IMG/VR virus record: IMGVR_UViG_3300020473_001965
Location: 62,001 to 126,000 of that record
DNA: 64,000 nucleotides
Strand: one strand, 5' to 3'
Made by a program: the position numbers and the translations under genes. This document shows positions 49,468-59,640 of the stretch, in pieces. Under the pieces are notes generated by a model, which saw only the letters and a program-made list of their open reading frames with translations, did not search any database and was not told where the DNA came from. Positions within the stretch are counted from its first letter, which is position 1. Every line of letters begins with the position of its first letter.

Positions 49468-51073
49468 ATTACTGCTTTCTTCTTTTGTTGTGCTATCGAT
49501 AGGTTGCAGCAGTGATTATGAGATAAGCAAATATGTTGAGCCGCCAGAGCCGGGCGTCACTGCACCTGAAATAGAAGTTGACCCTACACATCATAGTTAT
49601 GGTGCACTAAGCGCTGGCAGTGAGACCCAAGACATTGTCATCAATATTGAAAACATCGGCAATGACGATCTAGACGTTTCAAACATTTACTTGCATAACG
49701 GTGATTCCAACTTCACATTATCTACAATGCCGATTGGTATCGTAGAATCGCTAGGATCTGTAGAACTTATTGTCACGTATGCGCCTGGAACATACGAAAC
49801 TAATCACGAAACTATTAGTATTATTTCTAACGATGAAGACGAACCGGTTGTAAATGTAACACTAGATGGTTCCGGCGACGCACCTGTCATCACTATCACA
49901 CCAGACTACCACGATTTTGGAGATGTCTATATAGGCTGTGACGATACACTTCCAATAGAGGTAGGAAATATTGGAAATTCAAATCTTATAATTGATGATA
50001 TTGAGTTTTTTGCTAGTCTCCCTGTTGATTTTTCTATGCAAGACTATGAACCAGACTGGGGAGTTCTTCCTATTACTATTTCGCCTGGTGACACTATCAA
50101 TCTTAACGTAGACTATATGCCGCTAGATGTTTTAGACGATGCTGCTTACCTCGAAATCTCGTCAAATGATCCGGCGACGCCTACTGCTCATGCTGATCAA
50201 GACGGTCTCGGAGAAGTGGAAGCTTGGATTACTGATTCTTTTAATCAAGACGGAACCGTTGATGTTGATATACTATTTGTCATTGACAACTCTGGTTCAA
50301 TGGGGTCTAACCAGACTAACATTAAAAACAACTTTGACGCCTTTATGAATGCTTTTAACGCAGCTGGTGTGTCCTATCAAATGGCACTTATCACTACGGA
50401 TAGTGCTGATTTTGTAGGTGATGTTATTACAAACGCAACAGTTGATCCCGTCACTGAATTCAACAATCAGATTGACTCTATTGGTACACGCGGAAGTGCT
50501 TATGAGAAAGGCCTGTGGTTTGCATACGAGTCAACAACAACAGGTGACGCATCTTCAAGCAGCCCCACTGGATTTTTTAGATCAGACGCAAGACTAGTAG
50601 TTGTATACGTTTCTGATGAGCCTGACTTTTCACACCAGACTTACGGAAGCGGTGGGTCTACAACCATGGTTCCCGCTGATTATTCAGCATCTCTTTTGTC
50701 TCTTAAGAGCTCTTCTGATCTAGTCACAGCGCATGCAATCGCAGGCGATTACCCGTCTGGCTGCACTTCTAATGGAGGCGCTCAGTTTGGTGACGGATAT
50801 TATGATGTTGTAACTGATCTTGGTGGAACGTTTATGTCAATATGTGCTGCTGACTGGAGTGTAACAATGGATACACTCGCAAGAGAATCACTGGCTCAAC
50901 TAGGATTTGCACTTTCAGACACACCGATTGAAGACACTATAACAGTTACAGTCGACGGTGTTCTGTCATCAGACTGGTCATACGAAGCCTCATCAAATAC
51001 TGTTATTTTCACAACAGCACCTGCCGACGGCAGCACCATTGATATTAATTACGGTGTATGGGGTTGCGACTAA
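49451..51073 (+). CDS. Lipoprotein with two Ig-like (ASH / choice-of-anchor D-like) repeats and a vWA domain
   Basis: Lipobox SIGC; two (E/G)NIGN..L..I repeats ending SND; ILFVIDNSGSM; VSDEPD. Confidence 0.8.
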   Translation: MYMWTRLLLSSFVVLSIGCSSDYEISKYVEPPEPGVTAPEIEVDPTHHSYGALSAGSETQDIVINIENIGNDDLDVSNIYLHNGDSNFTLSTMPIGIVESLGSVELIVTYAPGTYETNHETISIISNDEDEPVVNVTLDGSGDAPVITITPDYHDFGDVYIGCDDTLPIEVGNIGNSNLIIDDIEFFASLPVDFSMQDYEPDWGVLPITISPGDTINLNVDYMPLDVLDDAAYLEISSNDPATPTAHADQDGLGEVEAWITDSFNQDGTVDVDILFVIDNSGSMGSNQTNIKNNFDAFMNAFNAAGVSYQMALITTDSADFVGDVITNATVDPVTEFNNQIDSIGTRGSAYEKGLWFAYESTTTGDASSSSPTGFFRSDARLVVVYVSDEPDFSHQTYGSGGSTTMVPADYSASLLSLKSSSDLVTAHAIAGDYPSGCTSNGGAQFGDGYYDVVTDLGGTFMSICAADWSVTMDTLARESLAQLGFALSDTPIEDTITVTVDGVLSSDWSYEASSNTVIFTTAPADGSTIDINYGVWGCD

Positions 51074-52347
51074 CCCACGTAAAGAGGCACTGGTAGCGGC
51101 TTTTCTTTTCCTCTAGACTTAGAAAAAGCTGGATTTACCATACCTAAAATCTGATTTACTGGTGCAAACGCTCCCGTAATCTTATAAGACATTCGTTTAT
51201 TTGGTAACGTAAAAACCACACCCTCGACAGTTGATGTTATAGTAAACACATCATTAGATAACTTCTCATAATTCATTGCCAAGGTATTAAGAGTTTTCTC
51301 TGACTCATTTTCTTTTCTTACTTTTTCTACAGCCGTCGCGACCTTCGTCCTCAATGCCTTAACCTGATCTTCTCCGTTGTCGACAAAAATGGAATGAGAG
51401 TTTTCAAGCAATCCTATGCCAAACTTATTGATAATCATCTCTAGCGGCATGATAATTTTTCGGACAATTGAAGATCTAGACCTAGCGATATCAGACAAAG
51501 CACTTCTGACTGCAGGATTTAGTGTTTTAACGATTGAAGGTGTGGGCCTTGTTCGAGGCACATCAAGCATTCTATTTAGAAACTCATTTTCAATTTCAGA
51601 TGGCAACGTGTACTGCTTTAGATAATCTAAAGTAATCTGGTTTTCTAAGTACACGCTGATTGTATCTTCATCTTCTAAGTGATTCTTTACCATAAAATCT
51701 TTTAGAAGAAACAATGCTTCGTTCATTTTTTCTTTGTTTGCTGTCTTTGCCAAACTTATAGGGGTAGGCCCCTTAATTGTCCAAAACTTATCAGTAAAGG
51801 GTGATTTGACAACAGCACCAGACATTGCCTTTACAACTTTGTCAAACGTCTCAGGACATGCAGTCCCTAGTGAAGTGCCTTCTTGATATCTTGTAACACC
51901 GTGCATAACAAGATAGTTTCTATTGTATGTGATAACATTTGGATTATCAGTAGACATCACCTCAAGATTGACAAATGGAATGCCCCCTTGATCTTTATCA
52001 AAGATCTGGAATCGGTTGTAGTACACCAAATCAGACACAGATAGATTGAAAGCTGAGAGTGCGTCAGTAAATGCTTCTTTTACAAGCGTCTTTGTAGCGT
52101 ATCGCTTTTCAAGTTGTTTTCTATCAACACCTGACTTTTTGATGTCAGTCTTGTTTCGTGCCGCGTAAGATGCATGCCCTCTTGGGTCATGAGTTAACGA
52201 AAGATTTTGTCCGTCGACTTTCTCGTATAGGGTTATTTTATTCTGAATAATTGATTCTAGAACTGATCTTAGTTCTCCAAAAGTTAGGTTATAATCTTCA
52301 TAAAGATGATTGAGGTGACCACTATCGTTTCCACCAAGTCCACCCAT
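51070..52347 (-). CDS. Phage protein with ligase-like KxDG motif
   Basis: HLNHLYED, EKVDGQN, EGVVF, YKITGAFAPVNQILG. Confidence 0.55.
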   Translation of the reverse strand: MGGLGGNDSGHLNHLYEDYNLTFGELRSVLESIIQNKITLYEKVDGQNLSLTHDPRGHASYAARNKTDIKKSGVDRKQLEKRYATKTLVKEAFTDALSAFNLSVSDLVYYNRFQIFDKDQGGIPFVNLEVMSTDNPNVITYNRNYLVMHGVTRYQEGTSLGTACPETFDKVVKAMSGAVVKSPFTDKFWTIKGPTPISLAKTANKEKMNEALFLLKDFMVKNHLEDEDTISVYLENQITLDYLKQYTLPSEIENEFLNRMLDVPRTRPTPSIVKTLNPAVRSALSDIARSRSSIVRKIIMPLEMIINKFGIGLLENSHSIFVDNGEDQVKALRTKVATAVEKVRKENESEKTLNTLAMNYEKLSNDVFTITSTVEGVVFTLPNKRMSYKITGAFAPVNQILGMVNPAFSKSRGKEKPLPVPLYVG

Positions 52348-52656
52348 TTAATCCTCCGATTCTTCAATTAACTCTATTTGACCTGTGCTTAAACCGTACC
52401 TGTGAGCTTTTTTCTTAAGTTCTCGCAGGGACTCCATACATCTTGTAATTCGATCTCTTTCTTTCCTATCTGTTCTTGAAAGTTGCTTTCTAACATTGTT
52501 CAACTCAGACAGCAAAGTATCATATACATTCACATGCGATGAAGAGCCAAAAGAAAGCTCTTCATTTTCAGTTGTTAGAAAAGTCTTGTTCTCATTTAAA
52601 GATAAGAAACTTTCTCTAAGAAAAGTTCTCAATAACTTGTTTTTCTGGTCAGACAT
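52348..52656 (-). CDS. Leader-like hypothetical protein
   Basis: KLLRTFLRESFLSLNE. Confidence 0.55.
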   Translation of the reverse strand: MSDQKNKLLRTFLRESFLSLNENKTFLTTENEELSFGSSSHVNVYDTLLSELNNVRKQLSRTDRKERDRITRCMESLRELKKKAHRYGLSTGQIELIEESED

Positions 52657-52675
52657 TCGTCACCTCCAGATATAA

Positions 52676-52867
52676 CTATAGCTTAAAAGTCTCTTCTTTA
52701 TTAATAGCTGTATTTAACGATCCATAAAAGAACATTCGTATATGATCATCACTAACGGGTTGATCTGTCTTTAGATCAAATGCTTCGCGGATCTTATCAA
52801 GAAAACCCTTTTTGAATTCAACTTCTAAAATCTTCCCATTTGGAAGCTCAATATTTCTTTGTTCCAT
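52676..52867 (-). CDS. Hypothetical protein
   Basis: Promoter ATGTAA-N17-TATAAT at 52874-52902. Confidence 0.55.
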   Translation of the reverse strand: MEQRNIELPNGKILEVEFKKGFLDKIREAFDLKTDQPVSDDHIRMFFYGSLNTAINKEETFKL

Positions 52868-52918
52868 AATCGTATTATACCCTATTCTTTGACGGTTTAC
52901 ATAAAAAAATATATTTTT

Positions 52919-54225
52919 TTATTTTATAATCTCAGTGATGACGTCTCGTTTGTCCTGAGATTCTCCCACTTTAATTGGTGGGCTAAACTCTCTCTCAGGA
53001 GCAGACTTGTCAACTGATTTTTTCTTCACTGACTTCTTTATTTTTTGTTTGATGCTCTTTTTGTTAGGATCGGGTGCCTTGACCTTAGATTTAGTCTTAA
53101 CGTCAACTTTCCCTTTTCCTTGATCGGGCTCCTGAACATCAGATCCCTCTACATCTTTTGTCAAAATAACAGAAATGGCTGCGAGAAATTTATAGAGCGC
53201 TATTCTGTCAGGCTCATCTAAATCATCGTAGTAATCAACTAGCTCCATCTTTGTTTCTGGGTCTTTTAGAGATTTTCCAGACCTTAGCTGATCGATCATT
53301 TTTCTGATATCTTGAAACTTTATCTCTGGTGGCACATCTAACTTGACGAACTTTTCGTCCTGTTCTGGCTCTTTTTTCGCCTCTTCTTCCCCTTGCGCCT
53401 CTTCAGATTCTTCCTCATCAACAAGCATGGGTCTTTCTGCATCGTAAGTCTTGCCTCGAAGGTCTCTTGCCAGTGATTTTTGGCGTTCTTCTTCTTCGGG
53501 ATTCTCAGACAATGCTGTTTGAACTGCCTCTTTTGTTAGCTTTTTTAAGAGACTCTGAAGTTGCTCCGGGTAACTTATCACAATTACCTCACTTCTTGGT
53601 TGTTTTAGGTCTGTAGACTACGCGATTCTGTGGGAGTTCTCTGTAAAGCCTGTTGTACTTACGCTGGGGTAGCTCAGCATGTCCTTCAGCATACTCTTTT
53701 ATCTTCTCTTTTGCAGCCTCTTCCCTCTTGACAATGTCATTCATAAACTTATCAAAGTGGAATTCTGGGATGTACTCTTCATCATGATTGTTGTTGTTGT
53801 TGGACATGTTTACCTCTTTAATTAAATATTATCTTTACCTGGTAATTTTCAGAATCATTGGGCTTTATAAGATTAATTTTGTACTTATTGACACCCACCT
53901 CTCCAAAATCGAACTTGGCCGTTTCAAACCCGTTGTCATCTAATAGATTTACGCCTAAGATTGGATTCTGATTACTTAAAATGTCAACTAGTGTCCCCAG
54001 CTGAGAATCGGCTTCTAGAACAATTTCTTCTAAGTTTGAGCCAAACAGTAACGACCGAGTGGGCATTACAAGCTGAATGTCTTTGAACAAGATCACAGAT
54101 TCGAGGAGATCTGCTTCTCCATCTTCATACTCAAAATCACTGTATTCTTCACTTTGAGAAGAAAGAGACGATTCTGTCAATCGTCCTGTCAAAGAATTGC
54201 TAACAAAAAAAGTACTGTCGGACAT
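52919..54225 (-). other. Three hypothetical ORFs (52919-53581, 53589-53807, 53818-54225)
   Basis: Co-oriented; GAGG RBSs; the first begins QLQSLLKKLTKEAVQTALSE. Confidence 0.55.
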
Positions 54226-54226
54226 T

Positions 54227-54619
54227 TTATCCTCTCACGTGTCGAGCGTCTTTGTAGATTAAATCTACTTCTTTAGCGTATTTTATATCTAAGCCTGTCA
54301 CTTCGTTTAAATCATGTGTGTAAATTTCTATCTCAACGTCTTTTGGATTTATCGTTATCGTCCCATGGTGATTCATCTCTTCCTGAAATACAAGTACTTC
54401 TGCAACGAAAAAGAGACGCTGTTCAGGTGAATCAAAATCGAAGCGCCTATGGAGCTTATTGGGACTATCTGTCTGTGTCCAGGTTTGCTTTGGTGCTTCA
54501 ATAGGTAGTTTTCTAGGCAATCCTATAGCTTCGTTAAGAGATTCAACCAGAGCTAATTCTGATTCATTCTCGTCAAGGTGGCCGTTAGACTTCATTATCT
54601 CTAGAATTGATCGACCCAT
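54227..54619 (-). CDS. Pterin-4-alpha-carbinolamine dehydratase-like protein with N-terminal extension
   Basis: W......KL.R.F.F, EMNHHG.I, IYTHD...VT.LD..YA..VD. Confidence 0.75.
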   Translation of the reverse strand: MGRSILEIMKSNGHLDENESELALVESLNEAIGLPRKLPIEAPKQTWTQTDSPNKLHRRFDFDSPEQRLFFVAEVLVFQEEMNHHGTITINPKDVEIEIYTHDLNEVTGLDIKYAKEVDLIYKDARHVRG

Positions 54620-55749
54620 TAGCTTCTCTTAGCAAGTTCTTTGTCTGCTTTCTGAGCTGCCTTCTTGAGCATTTTACCATATTCTTCGGGTGTGTAAGCC
54701 TGGATTAGCTCTTTGAGATCATCTAGGATGAATTTGTGCAAAGAATTGTTTTCACTGTGCGGCTTCCCGTTTCCATATTCTCTGCCGGTTCCTAATGTAT
54801 GCCACTGGGAAACTAGATCCACAGAAGACTTTATTCCACCCGAGTAGTAGTCTGACAGTAGTTGATGTACGAAGAATCTAAAGACTTCACGAGGTGCTTC
54901 TAATTCTTTTGAATTTGTAAATCTGTCATACACAGGTAGTTGAGCGGCATCCGGATTTAGCTGCTCAGTCATATCTTGAAAAACAAGATAGAGAATTTTT
55001 TCAATCTCAGTGGCAGTGCCCATTACTTCGGGGTCAAGTCTTGTTGGAATTGCTGACCTACGAGATGGTCGCTTGCTAACCTGAGCATGGTCTCCTGCCT
55101 TTTTCATAAAGTCATATAAGACGTTAGTTACAGCTGAGCGACCTACGCCCATTTGAGCTGCAATGGCATCTATTATTTCTCCAATAGTTAAAGCGTTGGG
55201 ACCCATTCTCAATTCTGGATCGAACAGGTCGACCGTCTTTAGCTCTTCGGGAGTAAGCTTAGCTCTCTTTTGAAAAGCTTGTACTATTGCTTCTTCATCA
55301 GGTTCTTCTTCAGAGTACTCGCCTGCTTCGTCATCACCTGAATCGATTGCTTCGAGATCAGCGGCTGTTGGGCCTTCGAGATCTTTCATCCACTCGGGCT
55401 CATCATCCATTTCGTTAACCACACTCTCTATGATTTTTACGAGAACCATCTCATCGTTTGACTGCTCTCTAATCTTCTTCACTGATTTTCTAAGCTTCTT
55501 ATAAATAGTTGTCTGTTGGTCCTCTGTGAGTTTTGAAAGCAGCCTTCCTAGCTTTCGCATTGTTGGGTTTGACTCAAAAGCTGGTACTGATTTTAAGTTT
55601 CCCACTTCTGCACCGCTCACAGAAGGTTGAGGGCGGACAGGGACGACAGGAGGTTCGTTCACTACTACTGGATCGTTACCTGATGACGCCAGGCCCAACG
55701 TCTCTTTTATTAAAGCTTGTAGCTTGTTTCTTTCAATCTTAGTGGGCAT
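54619..55749 (-). CDS. Leader-like hypothetical protein with possible HTH
   Basis: KIERNKLQALIKETL; TIGEIIDAIAAQMGVGRSAV; GATGATATTTAT upstream. Confidence 0.55.
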   Translation of the reverse strand: MPTKIERNKLQALIKETLGLASSGNDPVVVNEPPVVPVRPQPSVSGAEVGNLKSVPAFESNPTMRKLGRLLSKLTEDQQTTIYKKLRKSVKKIREQSNDEMVLVKIIESVVNEMDDEPEWMKDLEGPTAADLEAIDSGDDEAGEYSEEEPDEEAIVQAFQKRAKLTPEELKTVDLFDPELRMGPNALTIGEIIDAIAAQMGVGRSAVTNVLYDFMKKAGDHAQVSKRPSRRSAIPTRLDPEVMGTATEIEKILYLVFQDMTEQLNPDAAQLPVYDRFTNSKELEAPREVFRFFVHQLLSDYYSGGIKSSVDLVSQWHTLGTGREYGNGKPHSENNSLHKFILDDLKELIQAYTPEEYGKMLKKAAQKADKELAKRS

Positions 55750-55811
55750 TTATATCTCCTCGAAAAATCACACATATAAATATCATCTTAACATAGAAGA
55801 TTATTAACTTA

Positions 55812-57290
55812 TTAAGGATTTGCTGCCTGATTTAAACTCCATGCTGCGGCGCCCGTTATTACTATCCCACCGACGACCCCTAGCGCAAACCAAAGTTCAT
55901 TCTTGGGCTTTGATGCTTTTTCAAGCCGGGTGTCGAGAAAATCAATTTGACCATTTTTAATGGCTAGCATTTCATTATAATTGGTCTCTAGACGCAAGGT
56001 TTTTGCACTTAAGTTATCGATCTCAAGTTGATATTCAGCCCTTACCAAATTTACTCTTCTGTCAACTTCAAGCTGGCAGCTCTCTTCAGTTAGCTCTATT
56101 TGAGCTAGAAGACTTGCGGCCGCGGCTGTACTGAACAGTGTGCCTGAATATGGTGCTATTTCACCTTTTTCCAGCGTTGTCACAAGCTTTGCTTGTTCAC
56201 TTATATCATCAGCCTCGTCACCATAAACTGGTAACGGTGCTACTAAAAGTGCTATCGAAGTAATCCAAGCTGCAATTTGTCTCATCATATTAATCTATAT
56301 CAACAACAGTAAAACCAGTTAAATCAGCAATCTGCTTGGTTATCTCATCCGGGTCTTCACTATTATCTTGTATTAACTTTTTAATTCTTTTCTTTTTTTC
56401 TGCATCTAGCTTTTTTGACTCAGACTCATATTTTTCTTCGATCTGCTTGATTGCAACCTGATATCTTTTGTTTGCAGCATCACGATCTTCCAGCTCTTTT
56501 TCATGAGAGCTCTTTAGAGCATTGATCTCATCTTCGTAAGCCTTCTTGCGCTCGTTCAGTATTTTAGAAAAGTCTACTGGTTTTCGGCTAATTATCAAAA
56601 CTATAATTCCTGCCCCTACCAGGAAAACAACGTGACCGTTGACTTTAATCCAAGCCCAGGCTTTTTTTGCCCAATGCTTTAGCTTTGAAGCCAAGGTCAG
56701 CGCTGTATTAGCAATGCTTAACGCTTGAATCATTTTCCATGCTTCCAGGAGATCGCAGCATCAATAACAGTCTGGCCTCCAATGTAAATCATAGCAATCA
56801 TTCCCCACGTATCTGCATCTAGGTAGTTATAGCCTAGCAATGCTGTAGCTGTCAAGAACACAAAGAATTTTCTAGAAATCAATCTTCCCATGATCTGGTC
56901 GATTAACCCTAGCTTTTCTCCTTCAATAGCAGCCTGTACCTGCTTAACATCAATATCATTGTCAGCCATAAACATACCTTATTTCTCCTACTCTTCAGTA
57001 GCTTCAGCTTCAGCAGGCTCAGCCGCACCAGTAGTATCAGTTCCCTCTACTGTTGTTGCAGCAGGGGCTGTTGCTTCTGTTGCTTCAGCTGTCTCTGTAG
57101 TTCCTGTAGTTTCTGTATTGCCTGTAGCTTCTGTGGTCGTCTCTTCTGACGATTCTTCGACTGCAGGTTCTTCAGCAGCTGGGGGTTCGTACGAGCACGT
57201 ACCATAAGCAGAAGCGACTACTAGTACACCTCCTACTACACTTATTTGAACCTTCCATCTGTTCCATAGTTCTTTTGCTTTATCTAACAT
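55812..57290 (-). other. Membrane-protein cluster (55812-56288, 56290-56733, 56730-56975 two-TM holin-like, 56988-57290 A/E/T-rich)
   Basis: Hydrophobic segments and coiled coils. Confidence 0.5.
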
Positions 57291-57301
57291 AATTACCTCT
57301 T

Positions 57302-57646
57302 TTAGTTTATTAGATCATCGTCGTCATCGTTTGAAAATAATGATGGTAAACCGACTCCTATATTCTTTCTGCCAGAAGAAGATTGTAAACCCTCATAAGA
57401 CATTGCAACTTCCAATGCCAATTCAGCGAATGACTTTACTAAATTATCTAGCAACTCTTTATTTTTCTTCTCAGCCAACCTATTTTGGCTGGACGCATAT
57501 ACCAAATCAGAAATTGTTTTTGTATTAGAGCCTATTATGTTTGATATCTTTCTCATCTGCTGAGTTAGACCATAAACTTGCGCTCTCAAATCATCTACTT
57601 CTTTTTTTGTAGTAAGACCAAATATTCTAGCAAGATAGCGTGTCAT
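57302..57646 (-). CDS. Coiled-coil hypothetical protein
   Basis: ORF in operon. Confidence 0.5.
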   Translation of the reverse strand: MTRYLARIFGLTTKKEVDDLRAQVYGLTQQMRKISNIIGSNTKTISDLVYASSQNRLAEKKNKELLDNLVKSFAELALEVAMSYEGLQSSSGRKNIGVGLPSLFSNDDDDDLIN

Positions 57647-57648
57647 GA

Positions 57649-57927
57649 TTAAAACGGACTCTCATTTTCAAGTAGATCATATATCTTATCAGCTTCTGTG
57701 CTAGAAATTTTCTCAACTGTTTTGTTTTCTTTGTCGCGCTTAATTTCATTAAGAAAGTTCATAAAATAATTTTCTTCAGATGCTAAGGCAGTTGCACATG
57801 CAGAAAAGAAATCTTGCATAGTTAAGTCCTTTTTAAATAGTATACTCCGCATATCAGCATGCGTTTCTTTTTCTATATTAACATGGACACTTTTCTTGCT
57901 TGCTATTACTCTTTTTGTTTTAGACAT
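57649..57927 (-). CDS. Possible ribbon-helix-helix DNA-binding protein
   Basis: KKSVHVNIEKETHADMR......LTMQDFF. Confidence 0.5.
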   Translation of the reverse strand: MSKTKRVIASKKSVHVNIEKETHADMRSILFKKDLTMQDFFSACATALASEENYFMNFLNEIKRDKENKTVEKISSTEADKIYDLLENESPF

Positions 57928-57931
57928 AGTC

Positions 57932-58549
57932 CTACGCTAGTTTTGATGCACCCGCTCCTACGGCAATTGGTGTTTCAAGATCATCATTCATAGTACCGCT
58001 AGGACGAGTAAGTGTATCAAGTTTTTCATCAACTTCATCGGCGGACGCTTTGTCATATCGATCTAGCATAAATTGTCGAGCTCTATTTTTAATTGTCGTC
58101 TCAACATTAATCAAGTTGTTAAAGTTATTAATTAACCGTGAGATTCTCTCAGCAAAAGCATCAGCGTTAAGGGGCTGCTGAACTTCTTCTCCTGGGTCAT
58201 CAACGGCTACTGAAGAGTTGTCCACAGTTAGGCGCACATCATAGCCTGCTTGCTTTAATTTCTCAATCATGTTTTTAATGTCATCATCGGAGGCTGCGTC
58301 CGGGTCTTCTTCAGGCGTCGGTTCAGCATCTTCAGCTTCTTCGCCTTCTTCTTCTTCAAAGAGGTAACCTAGTGCTGATCTAAGTGTTTTAGATTCATCA
58401 GCTCTTTCCATCGCTGAATCTGCTTCATACTGTAACAATAATGCATCAATCTGACGATCTATCGAATCTTGCTCTTCAGCAGCACCCTCAGAAATCAGTT
58501 TTAGCTCTTCTCTTATAATTCTTCTCAGTATTGCTGCTTCCTTTTTCAT
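57932..58549 (-). CDS. Leader-tagged acidic protein
   Basis: MKKEAAILRRIIREELKLISE; start re-called. Confidence 0.65.
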   Translation of the reverse strand: MKKEAAILRRIIREELKLISEGAAEEQDSIDRQIDALLLQYEADSAMERADESKTLRSALGYLFEEEEGEEAEDAEPTPEEDPDAASDDDIKNMIEKLKQAGYDVRLTVDNSSVAVDDPGEEVQQPLNADAFAERISRLINNFNNLINVETTIKNRARQFMLDRYDKASADEVDEKLDTLTRPSGTMNDDLETPIAVGAGASKLA

Positions 58550-58550
58550 T

Positions 58551-58949
58551 TTAGCTATCCTGTATTCCAGCTCTTTGCTTGCCCAGTTCAGCACCCTTAC
58601 CTAACTTCTTGGCTTTTGAAGTGGTTACATTTTGCTCTACAAATGTAGTTAACATATCATCAAAAAACTGAATTAAGGCCGGGATTTCTGTTGAAGTTAT
58701 GTTCTGTGCGCCTCGAAGTGCCTTCATCATATAGTTTCCTGCTTCTGTTTTATTTGTAGGCATCTTTGCACCTTGCAACTTCGGCTGGTATTCTTTTCCG
58801 GCGGCACCTAGTTCAGCTTGGTCTCCTTCGGGGGCATCTTCTTGACCAGGTTGATTCTCAGATATAACTCTCTTGGACAGCTCATTGAGCTTCTTAATCT
58901 GCAATTGGTTTCTAACAATCTTTCTAAGTTTTGATTCTGTAATTTTCAT
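58551..58949 (-). CDS. Leader-tagged protein
   Basis: MKITESKLRKIVRNQLQIKKLNE. Confidence 0.7.
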   Translation of the reverse strand: MKITESKLRKIVRNQLQIKKLNELSKRVISENQPGQEDAPEGDQAELGAAGKEYQPKLQGAKMPTNKTEAGNYMMKALRGAQNITSTEIPALIQFFDDMLTTFVEQNVTTSKAKKLGKGAELGKQRAGIQDS

Positions 58950-58956
58950 TGTGTTC

Positions 58957-59640
58957 TCACTTAAGTGCTTTTGCGATCTTCTCAGCTCGCTTAAATCGGT
59001 CCTCGATGACTTGCCAGTTTAGTTCCTTCATCATCGCGTATACATAAGACTTTCTCTTTGAAAGATAGTCCCTGTAATATGAGTGCTCCCACACGTCGAC
59101 GACAATCACGGGATAGAATCCGACCGGAACATTAAGGCTGTGTAAGTCGATTACTGTGTTCATGTATCGTTGCGTGTATGTGTTGTAGCCTGTGACTACC
59201 CAACCATTTCTGGCAGACTTTGCACATGCTATAAAGTCTTCTTGCCATGCATCGAAAGATCCGAAGTCTCTCTCAAGACGCATAAAAGAGAGTGTGTCCA
59301 TAGAAACTTCGCTTTGGACATCGCTAATGTTGTTAAAGAAGAGCTCGTGTAGATAAGCAGCGTTCATGTTGTACGTTTCATCCACTTTCAAGCTTCGGAA
59401 GTAAGAATGATTTAAGCCCGCCTCATCTCGATTTGCGGCGTCGAGCTCAGCTGAGACTCTATTAAATGTTTTTACATAGTTCTCATACAAGCCCTCATGT
59501 GCGTGCTTGTTCTTTTGGGTTAAAAGCTCAGTGGGCAAATCAAATTGCTTCTTTTGCAACACGAGTGCTTCATTAACTTCTTCTTCTTCGATTCCCAAGG
59601 AATCTCTGATTATTTCTCTTACACCATCTTTAGTAATCAT
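58957..59640 (-). CDS. Fe/Mn superoxide dismutase-family protein with leader-like N-terminus
   Basis: H..LY..YV, LHELFF, FGSFDAW, DVWEHSYY.DY; MITKDGVREIIRDSL...VNE. Confidence 0.85.
   Translation of the reverse strand: MITKDGVREIIRDSLGIEEEEVNEALVLQKKQFDLPTELLTQKNKHAHEGLYENYVKTFNRVSAELDAANRDEAGLNHSYFRSLKVDETYNMNAAYLHELFFNNISDVQSEVSMDTLSFMRLERDFGSFDAWQEDFIACAKSARNGWVVTGYNTYTQRYMNTVIDLHSLNVPVGFYPVIVVDVWEHSYYRDYLSKRKSYVYAMMKELNWQVIEDRFKRAEKIAKALK

Noticed and set aside
56988-57290. Low-complexity A/E/T repeats (also P/E repeats at 38226-38669) as repeat elements
   Set aside because: They are explained by amino-acid composition of flexible linkers; there is no exact DNA periodicity.
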